Source: Phoronis australis (lineage: Eukaryota > Animalia > Phoronida). Taken from it: 64,000 bases of DNA. A program made the translations under genes and the position numbers. The stretch lies in NCBI GenBank assembly GCA_002633005.1, contig NMRA01000392.1, positions 76,188 through 140,187 of the forward strand, read 5' to 3'. Below are positions 40,452-53,062 of this stretch, one piece after another (position 1 is the first letter of the stretch; every line of letters starts with the position of its first letter). Under the pieces are notes generated by a model. It was not told the DNA's origin and did not search any database. It saw only the letters and a program-made list of their open reading frames with translations.

Positions 40452-40592
40452 ATGCCTCTTTGCATGGTGTGCAGGTGTAGCAATGTCAGCGACAATGGGA
40501 TACATTTGCACAACTTCCCCACCGATCACGTCCTGTGCCGTGCGTGGAATAGATTCGTATCCACGACAAGGACTGGCGACAAACTTTCCTGA
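40452..40592 (+). pseudogene. Truncated THAP zinc-finger relic (transposon derived)
   Basis: MPLCMVCRCSN...LHNFPTD...CRAWNRFVSTTR gives THAP C-x4-C, FP and W motifs; the terminal CxxHF is absent. Confidence 0.65.
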
Positions 40593-41280
40593 TCGGCAAG
40601 ATCTATTTTAGGCTTGGTGCAAAGCTGTATACAAAATCTACAGCTTCGAGTCGATTTGGGTAAAAATGACTAAATAAAATCTGACTCAGACATAGTTGCA
40701 CCGCTCTTTGAGTAAACCAAATTATTTACTGGTGTTGGAAGAATTATCGTTCTACCACTCATCTACTGCTAAAATTGAAGAGCGCTCTTGTGTCGGCGTT
40801 TTGCGATTACGTCACATGACCTGAAAAGTTTCTTTTCCCATGGTTTATTCTTCTATCAACTGTTCGTTGCTGCCACGAGGATGCGTTCTGTCACAACAAA
40901 TTGTCGAAACTGGTTTCATTTCGTTTCAAGTTATTAGCATTTTTAAGACCAGCAAACAGAATTTAGAACAACCTACTGCTGCGAAGCTGTCATCATGTCC
41001 CAAAAGTCGCAAAATTTTAGTATGGCGTGTGCGCGTATCACGAGCGTACCGTTTTCAAAACGACAATATACTTTCTTTGTTACACAACTCAAAAGGCACA
41101 GAGTAATGTTAGAAAATGACATTTATTAGATTGTTCTTCCCACAAATGACTGGCAACGGGCAAAGTGAGTGTCGAATTGTCTCCCAGATTTTGCATGCAC
41201 CCCGGCCGTCGGTCGTTGGCTCTGCGATATAACTTTCATGACGAGGTGACTAACACAACTCATACCCAGCCTGTGATATT

Positions 41281-42675
41281 CACGGGTGAGAAACAACATG
41301 ACCGCCTGTCCCTTTAACCAGGACCTCCGGGGATCAAATGGGACCGCCGCACCAGAAAATGGGACCGCCGGGGACTAAAAACGCAATGACTAACAGGCTA
41401 AGATTTATTACCGTTAGGTCTACACAGATCATACAATGGGGCTATATACATATGCATATGCAGGTCTTGTGCCGATTAATCCACCGAAATCTTTTGTGAG
41501 CAACAGAGGACACTTCGCTTTGTAATACGCGGCGCTTTTGAGTTTTACTCATCACCAGGCTCCCGGCTGCGGTATGTGACTTATAAACAGTTGAAAGGTC
41601 AACATTTAATAAATCCAACACAAAACAACCTCGTTGTACGCTTTTGAGCTAAATAATTACAATTTTATCCACTGCGTAAGTTTTAGAACAAAACGAAAAT
41701 CATTTTCTCCAATTTGACGTTTAAAGTTAGTTAAGTACAAAAACGGGCGTTCTGGTTCTCGGGTGAAGCATCATCATACTAGCTGCCTTTGTGCGGCAAA
41801 GCTGTATACTAAATATACAGCTGTGCGCCGATGTGGGTAAAAAACTGAACATGTAAAATCTTCACCCGGCGAATTTGTGTCATTAACGGCACTCTTCCTT
41901 GAGTAAACTAAATTATTTCATCGGTGCTCGAGAAAAATTGTCGTTCTGTCGTTATTCTGCGTTCTCTTAAGTCGGCTTACATTGGCCGGTTCCTTTTCCC
42001 CCGATTCTTCAGTCAACTGTTCTCCTACAAGGTTGCGTACCTGGCTCAACAAATTATCGAAACTGGTTTCATTTCGTTATAAGTTTTTAGTATTTTAAAA
42101 CCAGCAAACCGAATTTCATAACAAATCTTGTTGCCGCCAAGTTGTCATCATCTTCCGAAAGATGTCGCAAAATTTTTCTGAGGAAATGGCGCGTGCACAT
42201 GTCACGAGCTCGACAGACTTATTGTTACAACAGTTCATTAGATTGTTTTTCACTCAAGCAGTTGCAAACTGCAAGGTGAGTGTTGGTTGACGCCTAGATT
42301 TTGCTGGCGCCTGCGTCGGTCGTGCGCTCTACAACATGTTGATGTAAGTTTCACGACGAGTTGACGAGCAGAACTACCTGGGCTGTGGGAAATTTCGGGG
42401 ATGTAACGGAGCTCAATAACGCAAAGCTGTCAAGCTTTATTTTGACGATAGTCTGTACACAGCTATCTGACCGGTTACGTCATAACCCGCAGTATCACAC
42501 AAAGGCCTTAACTACTCAGTCCTCGGCGATCCTGTTTTGTGGTGGGGCAGTCATGTTTTTAGGTGCGTCAGTCCTGTTTTATGGTGGGGCGGTCATGTTT
42601 TTAGGTGCGTCAGTCCTGTTTTGGGTGAGTCGGTCCGATTTGGAGGACCGGCGGTCATGTTGTTTCTCACCCGTG
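41281..42675. mobile_element. Non-autonomous CAC...GTG TIR element with 5-bp TSD (Transib-like; Chapaev-like is an alternative)
   Basis: Perfect 26-bp TIR CACGGGTGAGAAACAACATGACCGCC, ATATT duplicated at 41276-80 and 42676-80, and subterminal repeats including 42-bp tandem units at ~42530-42625. Confidence 0.85.
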
Positions 42676-42692
42676 ATATTTCGTGGTTTAAC

Positions 42693-42717
42693 TATAGACT
42701 ATAGTCCATAGTCTATG
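42693..42717. mobile_element. 25-bp micro-element with 7-bp TSD
   Basis: GTTTAAC|TATAGACT...AGTCTATG|GTTTAAC; absent from the homologous site at ~42400. Confidence 0.65.
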
Positions 42718-45700
42718 GTTTAACAGAGCTCAATTCACAGTGTTACCTTGCTGTATTTTGGCGATAGTCTTCAAACAGCTAGCTGACTGGCTACAAAAAA
42801 ATCTGCAGTGTGCACTTCCGACGTTTCGTGTCACTGTTCCCGCCCAGAGTATAGCCGGGGAATCCGGCCCAAATCTGGAATATTCTGTCTGATTGGGTCG
42901 TTCTTTCAATTGATTACAGAAATTCTTATAATTGGGTATGTTTTCATACAATCCAGACTTCATTTTGTAGTTTCAATTTATTACAGACACTCACAATGTT
43001 GTGTTGCTATTAAAATTTCAATTTTTTTTAGGTTGACCAAGTCAAAATAGCGGCGATGCTACGGGTTGCAGCATTTCAAGGCGACTTATTTTGAAAACTG
43101 AGTTTCTAATATAAAGTTTTCAATGAATTTGATTATAATTGCTTAGTACGAAAAGATCAAGCTGACAAAGTAAACTGCCAGTTGTCGCCTATACCAATAC
43201 GGGACACACACACACTTGACAGCTGCCCGTATTGGAATCGCGCATCGTTCACACCTTCGGCTTCAAAAAGACATGAATGCAAAGTTCCTTAACATCAAAG
43301 TTTTTGTATCAAACAAATTACTCTTCATAAAAAACATTGTGAAATTGCTCATAGCAATTCAGATGAAGCCGTTTTGTTTTCCGGCTGCTTCGACGGCCCC
43401 AGTCACACTCCCGGGATTCCCATACGGGCCAGTATTTGAATATGTGCTAAATAATTGAATGAAAAATTCTAAAGGTAATGATTTTGATCAATTTTAATAT
43501 TAACTGACATGAAATGAAAAAATTAATGTGTTTCCTTGATTTCCCATGCACTCTGCACTAAATTAAATGGCCACTCAACGATGATTCCAATACTGTGGAG
43601 ACACGGTGAATGCCAAATTTGTGGTAACGATGATGTCATAGACTTTGATTGGCACGAGCGCCGCCTCAAGTTTTTTTTTGGCGCTACATGGGGTTCGTGA
43701 TGGGGCTACTGTATTGTCGAAGGCCTACTTAATTAATGACAGGGGTATGCTACGACACAATATTTTGATGTTTTTCATCAATAAATGTATTTTAGATGTA
43801 AAAATAGTCATTTTGGCACCATACTTGGCCTTTAAAAAGCTAAAATAAATTAATAAACTTAACCTAATGGACTTTATTCCTGTTCTTAAATTGTTGAACC
43901 ACTATGCAGTAGTGAATTTCGGTCTATCGAATCTGAATCGGGATCAATCGGAAGTGACACTTTCTTGCTCTCAACATTACTAGGTTAAAAAGAGAGTGCC
44001 AATATGAAAGCTATGGATTGACACTTAGATTTTGAAACTGCAGCAATTCCAGATTGTGATAGCACACAAAACTAGGGGAATGCTCATAACTTAAAGACAA
44101 GGTTGATATTTGGAATAGGAAAGTGCTCTGACAAGTGGACTTGACACTGAAAGCAAATTATCTTCTTCACTGCTGAAAACAACAAATTGCTATGCAATGG
44201 CAAGTGAGTGAATAACTCCTTATTTTGCTAAAAAACCCATTCTATACAGAGAATGCAGCTGACAACAAAGTACAAGTAAAAACCTTTACATACCAGGTCC
44301 ACACATGACAAAGTGGCACACTGGCAAACAATCACAATCCACACACTATCTATGCCCAAGGTATGGCTAAAAGTAGGTTAACCTCAAGCAGCCAGACAGC
44401 AGCCTATCTCATTCACATAAAACTTGACCTGTTTACAACATAAGACTCAAACTGGCAAAGTTTTTTTTTGGTGAATTAGACACGGAAAATTTTTCATATT
44501 TTCGCTCATAAAACAGGAGGTTTTAAGCAGATAATGAACTAATGCTGTATGCATGCTGGTAAACAAGACCAGGTGGTCTTATAAATAAGTATTTTAGTAA
44601 AATGCAAAAAATTGCTTAGCACATAAATTGAGTCATGTCAAAACGTTTAGGACCACAGGATTCAACATAGTTTGCCACAAAGCAGTTAATGGTTCAGAAC
44701 ATTGATTAATTAGGGAAACATTTGATTATTTTATATTTCAAATAACAGATTACGTACTTTGTAAATTGTGGATTTTGTCTTGAGCTTTTGTTACTTAAAT
44801 GGATATTGTTTAACTATCAACAGATGTAAACATCATAGCACATATTAATGAAGCACAACAATGAATGCTTTGTAAACTTCTGACCCAAGTCCAACAACTC
44901 CTTATAAAATCTCCTAAATAGGCCAGTATGACTACTTAAATAACACTTAAGGCAAGTGAAAGGGGAATTAATGCCATGTACCTCAGACGATAATGACACA
45001 CTCCATGACAGAATTAGAGCAATTTTAACTATAAACTGTTCACTGTCTTCCTAACAGTCAAGTACTAATTATGCAATAACAGCTGATGACATTCAATTTG
45101 GACAAAACCACCAAAACAGGGTTTTGGTAAAATGAAATCATTTATTATCACACTGTGACATAAAACTTCTCAATGAGGTTATACAAAACACGATAATAGG
45201 GTAAACACAAATATATATTTTTTTGGACAATTAGTACTAAAATGGCACATTTGAATTGATTAAAGAAACTTTTTGTTAGATTCAGCTAATTCATGCGATA
45301 GAGTAAGTTTTCCATAGTTTAGATCGTGACGATGTTGATCAGGTGAAAATTTCATGTTTTCTCACACCCCCAACAACATAACATTATCGCCATCCGGAGA
45401 AATGCCAGGCGCAATTGTGATTTTAAAATTGGCATCAGAACAACACATTAAAGAAAAACTCTTAAATTCGAGGTACTCAAAATCATGAAAAACGTTAACT
45501 CACACTGTTTGAAAACCCAAAAACATAGTTAAAATTGTTAAAGCATATAATTAACATCCTGCGACGAAAGTATTCTGGTTTCAAAACGATTTCACGATTA
45601 ACTTAATAGAGGTGACTTTTCGGTAATCCTTCTCAATTTCTTTCTACTTTGCCTCTGCTATTGAACAGTTGTGACAGAAAAACTGAGATCTGGTGATCCC

Positions 45701-46125
45701 AAATTTTTGTGCTTGTCAAAGAACGAATACACTTTTTGATCAACAATGAATAAAACAGTGCGATGAACCACCATAACAGAATTGTTGTGCCAACATCCTA
45801 TAAAACTTCTAAATTATTGAAGAATGATGATTTGAGAAGAGTGAAATTCACTCTAGGCAACTATTAGTTGGCAAAGCAAGGCAACTGGATACAGCTAGTG
45901 GGAGCACACTCCACCGATTCAGCTATTTTAAATTGAAGCAGGATTAGGATCCATGCACTATCAAATGGAATTTTAAATGATTATTTGAATTCTTTTAAAG
46001 GCAAATAAATATCATTAACAAATTTGTAACTGCAAGTTCAGTAAACTTGAAATTTACAGTGCCATTGAAATATATCGTGTGCAAAAGTCATTACTTTAAT
46101 GAACTGCATGAACAATGGCACTTAC

Positions 46126-46228
46126 CATTGGTGTTTTTACAGATATCACACATATCACAAAATTCCTCTGTGCCCAGGAGACACAAGGTGTTCTCCAAGC
46201 TTTTGAAGCAGGTATCCAAGACAGCCAT
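46126..46228 (-). CDS. ERR: Candidate first coding exon of the ERR-like gene (MAVLDTCFKSLENTLCLLGTEEFCDMCDICKNTN)
   Basis: Consensus donor AATG|GTAAGTG at 46126/46125. From the ATG at 46228 there are 34 open codons plus 1 nt, so phase 1 matches the 36176 acceptor. An in-frame stop lies shortly upstream of the ATG. No homology evidence. Confidence 0.5.
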
Positions 46229-47490
46229 ACAATACACAAGTCAATCCATCTCATAACAAACTGGCTGGCAGAATAGCGGCTATAAGCATCACTCTGTGAC
46301 CACTATCCAAGCACCAGCTGGTGAGCTGCAGTTTTTTGAAATTTTCAAATTAGCAAAGAATCGCTTATGTTTTCAGTCACAGCTTTCTCAGTATTTCCAG
46401 ACAGGTAATGGGTTAAACATAGACTGATGTTAAGAGGATAAGACTAGTAATAAATCTCTCAAGGTGAGCAGGGTGCCTGCAGCACAACACTTCAGTGGGT
46501 AGCAACCAGCTCGCTGTATAGTGTGCACGCAGTTGTAAAGCTGGAGAGGAACAAGTTCTGCAGCAATGGTAGCAGCATTAACAACACCAGGCCAACAGAT
46601 TCACTATCTTCTCTGCACCACTATAATACACACAACCTGACCACTTCAGCATCAACCATCACTGCACAGCTTTTCCAGCATGCCTCAGATGTCAAAGGTC
46701 ATGATTTGAGTGACCTTCATAAACAAAGACCCAGGCAAGAACGCAATGAAGCTAATGAAAAAAACGAACAACTTCACAATGGCCGAAAAACAGTTGAATG
46801 CTAGGGAATATCCTACAACCATTAAGTCCACTTCACAAACCAGCCAACCGCAGAGGATGTGATGGAACATTGAACTGTGCTGTGGTATTTAAGTGGATTG
46901 CCTACGTGATGTCTACTGTTGTGATTATGCCTGCAGTCACTGAATGACCAATCCCAGATTAAGGTTGTGTAGTAAACATCAAACAAGTCATTAACACTCA
47001 CAGCCATTGGGGATAGTGTGCAACAAGGATAATAAATAAACATCTGCATATTTATATAATACATCAGACATACAAAAAGGCTTGATAAATTGCAAAATGA
47101 TACATCAAATCAAACCCAACCTTTCACAGGTATGTAATACTACTAGCTGTAACAGAGTACGTAAATGTAGGAGTGGAAAAATACTAGGCCTATCACATAT
47201 ATCAACTGACCACTTCACACCTGTGGTAGAGGATGCAACTACCATAGAACGGTAAAATCTTGCCAACTAAGGACACAATAAGGCAGACAAACCAAATTTG
47301 AGTTTTCTCTCTTCAATAAGAGGAGTACCATCAAATAATATTAGCTGATACAGGATATTGCAAGGGATGGAGTGTGTAACATTTCCTTTGCTTGCAGAAA
47401 CCTCTAAGAACAGCATACCAGTATAGGGCATTTGCAGGTATCTCTTAAATCTGCTTTTAATGAAATAAATGCTGAGCTTTTAAAGTTCTA

Positions 47491-48325
47491 AACAAGAGCA
47501 ACGCAGAGCGTTAAAATGCGCCCACAATTGCACAGTATATGGTATCCTTCTAGGGTTGTTTATTGGTACCATAAAGTAGTCAGTAGAGGGCATATAATAT
47601 GTAGTAAGTTGTACTTTGCAAAATGGAAAGGCATGGTCATAGTCTCCTCAATAAGTTGAGGACCTTTGAACATACAGAGGTAAACGAAAAAAAATAAAAT
47701 TGCCACTAGGTGGCACACCAGTAGTCAGCTCCGTCGGATTGTCATCTTCATCTGTTGTCAACATCATATAAATACACTTACTAAATTTGGTAAAGATACA
47801 GCCATAGGCTCAAAAAAAAACTGCCACTAGGAGACGCCAGAGTAGTTGAAATCAGCGGAAAATCATCATCAGCCGTCCACTTCATAGTAACAACATACGT
47901 GCCAACTTTCACAATCATCCCTTGCGCGGTTTGGTTGATAGAGGGGTGGACGCAAAAAAACAGACTCGAAAACAGTAAAAATAGTCACCAGGTGGCGCAA
48001 ACTACGTCGAATCCATCCGAAAACGGGAGTATGGCTTCATCTCACTAATAGGTGCCTATATACCAAATTTTATGAAAATCCCTTCAGGACTTTTGAAGAT
48101 ACAGAGGTAAACGTAAAAAACTAAAATTGCCACTAGGGGGCACACCAGTAGTCGGATCTGCCCGAAAGTTCGCTCATGCTGTCCCATCCACAGAAAGAAC
48201 ACATGTGCAAAATTTCATGACCATACGTCAAGGCATTTTGGAGATAGAGCAGCGGACAGACGGACGGACGGACGGACGGAGATGACGGCATAATGCGTCC
48301 ACTATAAATATGTGGGCGCATAAAA
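47491..48325 (+). mobile_element. Second, shorter copy of the same HINE-like element
   Basis: AACAAGAGCAACG start, ATGCGCCCAC / GTGGGCGCAT, (GACG)n tract at ~48255-48280; interior homologous to 37600-38316. Confidence 0.75.
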
Positions 48326-51300
48326 ATTAAAAAACAAGTATCATCAGATGAATCAGTGCGGTCATTCAGAACATTGAAAGTTAAGAGTGAAAAACAAAAA
48401 AATCAATTCTGGATTTAAGTAGATTGGCCAAATTTATACAAGTGTAATAGCTGCAATAGGGTATCAATCTTATCTAAACCTATTTACAAGGAATTTCTGA
48501 AAAAGGCAGATATTTGGAAAACAACCTTTCAAAAATATCAAATGCAACCCACAATATGCCTGGGCATATCTTAGGAAATTGTTGTTATAGTGTGCTAATA
48601 CAAGTAGTTACCAACAAAGTCGCCGAATATATTGTTAAATGATAGTCAACTGAGTGAAATCTTGGTCCCAAAATATAACGCTTTGTTGCAATAAACAAAA
48701 TTTATATCAACACATACTATATACAGATTTTAAAACAATCCGACAATTTTCAAAACATGCAAACAGTTGCCCAAAATGCACCCACGCAGTAGTGGTGTAC
48801 CTTGATAATTTCCCGCCAATAATGCAGTGTCCTCCACATTTGACTTAAAAAACTCCATACAAATTTTCATCTGGAATTCTAGTACCAAAGGGCATGCAGC
48901 TCCCAGTGGGCACATCTATTGGTGTATTTTCAAATGGGCATATTAGACTGGTATTAGAGATTTGTTCTTTTTGGTCTTAAAATCTTTCAAATCATTCAGG
49001 TAACTTAAAATATGGTTCTGTTGCTAATATCTAATTACTAATGGTTAGCTGTTTCTTCTGTGTTGTACTTAGTCAATTTTATTTGCCGTGGCTGGTGCAT
49101 TTATTGCTGCAAAATTATTATTCAACAAAAAATGCCTACAGTGACACCTGTTGTCCAATAGTCCTATTTCAGCCACTAGGTGTCAGCCAAGATCAAAGTA
49201 ACCTTACACATAATCACAAAATGTTCCTTTGATATAACATTATGGTTACAATGCACAAAAACAGAAGTTTCAGTGAAAATATCTAATTCTATCCATAAAT
49301 TATGTTTAGCACTATCTGACAACAGTACTGTCCATAACAATAACTGCTATCAGAAGTTAGTTATCTTTAGTTTTTCCATTACTCAGTGGTTTCCCTGCGT
49401 ATAAAAATTTGGGTGACTGCAACTCTTTTTTATTTCGCTACTCGTAATCTTTTCCAAATTGACCATTACACATCTACCCTGATAAAAAAATTCAATGCTA
49501 CGCAAAAATTGCTAGCAAAATGGATACGCTTACAAAATTAGATGTTTGTTGATCAAACGCGAAAAACAATAATTTAAAATCAGATTTTGAACTTTTCCCC
49601 TTGTTTAACATAACCATTTTATCCCCTTCTTTAAACCCGAGTACTGAAGTCACAAGAGGCAAGCTTTCTTGAGCCACCTTGCCAGCTTCTATATTTTTGT
49701 TGGTAACACACAGCAGAATTTATGAGACTGAGAGTAAAAGGTCACAATTTTCTTCTTGTCAGCTAAACAGATCAAACAAAATGTAGCTTTAAAAATAAAA
49801 TCAGTAGTAATACGAGTATAGTATGAATGAAAAATATCTGGCTTACTGGGAGAGGGCTTCATGAATCTCTAGAACATGAGGTTATAGAACAGAAAATAAG
49901 ATCACCAACTATAGGCTGAAGGACCACATGAGGAAATAAACAACATGAGGAAATAAACAGCATGGTTAAAGCAAAAAACAACAAACCAAGATAGCACACT
50001 TTGCATTGTCACTTTTGTTTCTTTGTTTGCACGCTAAATGTTGCATTTCTTATCTAATCTACAAGAAATTTACAGACAACATGTGCCATAGGAATAAGCT
50101 CGAGCCCCACTGTTTTTGGTTGAAATGAGCGCTGTATTGGCGGACAGACCATATTTTGCTTTGCGGAGATATAGTTTTGATATCCCTGATGGCATTTTTC
50201 TGAAATCTATTATGTGGTTATGTGTATAGCGCTATTGGATGTATGCTATCCGCTTTTTCCTACAACTTACTTTTCTTGAGTTATTCAAAATTTTCCGATG
50301 ACAGCTCTCAAATTGAGTTTTTGTGCCACATCTCCAGCGTCCCTAGTGACACATCTGTCTTAAATATAATATGTGGATAGATTTTGTCAAGTGTTATCCA
50401 CAGCATTTAACCCGTGTCTCACTCCAACTTACCATTCTCGAAATATCCAAGACTAAGTCAGATAAGATTCCTTGCTGCATTCAGGTCTATTACGTACATT
50501 GGTGCCACAGGTCACATCTGCGATCTGAGTGACTTCAAATTTAAACACATTTGATTATCAGGTGAAATCTGACACAAGATGGTGCTATGGTGGCATTCTT
50601 CATATACTGAATCACTTGCAATCCTTTGATAGTACCTATTGAAATTTGGTAGGTAAATATGATCTCCTCAACAACACCATGAGCCTTAGACTGTAGAGTG
50701 ACAGTGGCTGTCATGAAAACTTGCAGACAGCTGTTTCCAAGAGGGACCCATTTAGTTGACTTTTACATAATCAGTTAACAACTAATGAGAGAATGAAACT
50801 GAATCAGGTCAGTGCACCACTATATTAGATTATATAATAGTTCAATTTGAAACTAGCTGAAAATAGTCACCAGTTAGCAACAACTCTGTGCAAAAAGTTG
50901 TCCTAAAGTTACATCACTGTCGTAGAACTTTGTGAATATGCAAAAAAATGAAGAAGTGGGGCATCTGGATTTGTAAAAAAGCAAGGTATTGATCTATGCC
51001 AAAACCCAACCCAAATGCTATCACAACATCCAAAAATGCTCCATGCCTAGGACTTTGACATTAACCCTCTGTACGTATCATTTGATCTCGAGTACTGTTA
51101 GCTGTAATGGCTCCCAGTCTTCAATTTCGTTGATAAAATTAAAATCTATTCGAAAAAAAGTTGATCGCAGGAGCATGTGGAGAATTTCTTGCTTACACTG
51201 GTCATCACTGAGATTCCCTTTGCCCTCAAGGCCCTTTCATACTAGAAACCATCTGGTACTGTTAATTATGATGAGCGTCCATAACCAATGTTTGTAGTTT

Positions 51301-53062
51301 TTAGCTTATTAGTTCAACGATATTTAGAAATCGAAAAACCCCTGACACCATGTTGTCTTTTCCAGTTGGATACTGTCGTCATGTTTATTTTTAACGAAAA
51401 TTATTGGTTTATGCCTTTTGAAAATTCGCCAGTTATATAAAGGCAGAGGTGTTTGCTACATTTTATTACACTTAATTGGGTCTTGTTAATGCACTGGATA
51501 ATGATCACAATTGTGTCAAACTCCGACACTACGCAAAAACTAGACCTTTATATTGAAAATCCTAACAGCGTTTTTGATATTGATGAATATTTAGTTTGGA
51601 AAGTTTCAGCGAAATCCACCAAGCGGCTTTCGAGAACTCGTGTTCCTAAGTTTTAATCAGAAAGTCGATTTGCCAAAGCCGAGAAAAAGCCGATTAAACT
51701 GGTACGAGTGAAAATATTGCGCATGCACGCACCAAGCCTAAAACATAGGGGGAGCTAGAATTTTTTGATATGCGGACCTTTTACTGACAAAAATCAACGA
51801 GGACTAAAAAGAAAAAAAAGTGGCCACTAGCTTCAGGCTTCCAAATTGTGCATCCGCGCAGAATTCCTGTGGACTTTGTGGACTTTTTGTTTCGTTGAGG
51901 CGCACCTTTTTGCCCAATTCGCCAAATTGGAAGGCAAATTTGAGCTCCCCGAGCCCCCCTGGGTGCGCCCATGCTGCGTGCGGCAGATGGTAACATGGCA
52001 AAATCGCCGCTCATGAAGACGACACGTAGCCCCTTGGCTGGCCGGTTAGGGCTACAATACTTCCCATCGCTTTCTGTACACACTTCGTTCCATGTATTTT
52101 AAATAGGCAGTGGGCCAAATTTGGCCACCCATTTTAAGTTTTCACCTCGTCAAAAATACATTCCACACTTAAAACTATTCCTTAAAAAAGCGCTTACTTT
52201 CTTCATTGGTCCTTTCTACTTCTATACACAGAACAGAAGTTGCTGAAGCTAGCTCTCACTTCTGGGGATCTGGGCTTAATCTTTAAAAAACGTTTTCTAG
52301 TTGCAGGGCTGCAGTAATTCTGATTTATTATCCTGTACCCCCAGCTAACACCTCCTGTTTGTATCTCACTGGTTTTGGTGTTCCACAAAATTGTGGATCA
52401 CGATACGATAGCAATCATTTGGCTTCTTTTCAGTTTGCTCGAGCTCTTGTTGAAGGCAAAAGTTTGCTTAAGGTACAGAGCTCCTTAGCAATACGGCGAC
52501 GGATCCTGTGCATGATATCCTCAGTGCAGGTTTTCTTTGTCAGTTATTTTCTCTTTCACTATGTGCAGTTCTAAAAGGGCAATGCCTTATTCGCCGCGTG
52601 CCGTGTGTCAAAAAATGGGACACGCATTTTAATGGTGCTGACGGACGCGGGATAATGCTTCAAAAATCGGGACAGTGGGGCCAAAAGTGGTACAATTGGC
52701 ACGTAAACTTTTTTCCAAACAGACCAGTTGCGTGTGCTTTGGAAATCACACACAAGTCACAAAGCCTGCATTTAAAAATGCAGACGATAAGCGGCGCCAC
52801 TAGACTGGACTGGCTGCGTGTACGTCGAAACCTTCATCAACAGTGACCACCAAACACGTCAAGTTTGCAGTGGAAAACCATAGTACTTAATGAAACACAA
52901 ATTTAAAGGTTTACCTCATCTGTCAATGTTGGGTTTTCGCGACCTGAAACAATGAAACCTTTAATATGCACGCTAAAGTTGTAGAGCGAGCGCCCCGAAG
53001 TAGCATTAATGTATGACGTCATGAAGAAAATGGAAAAACTAGGTCAACCCAAGCACGACTTG

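Noticed and set aside
40160-43835. Single Kolobok-like element enclosing the THAP relic
   Set aside because: TTAA-flanked candidate ends exist, but the putative TIRs do not match convincingly, so boundaries are unsupported.
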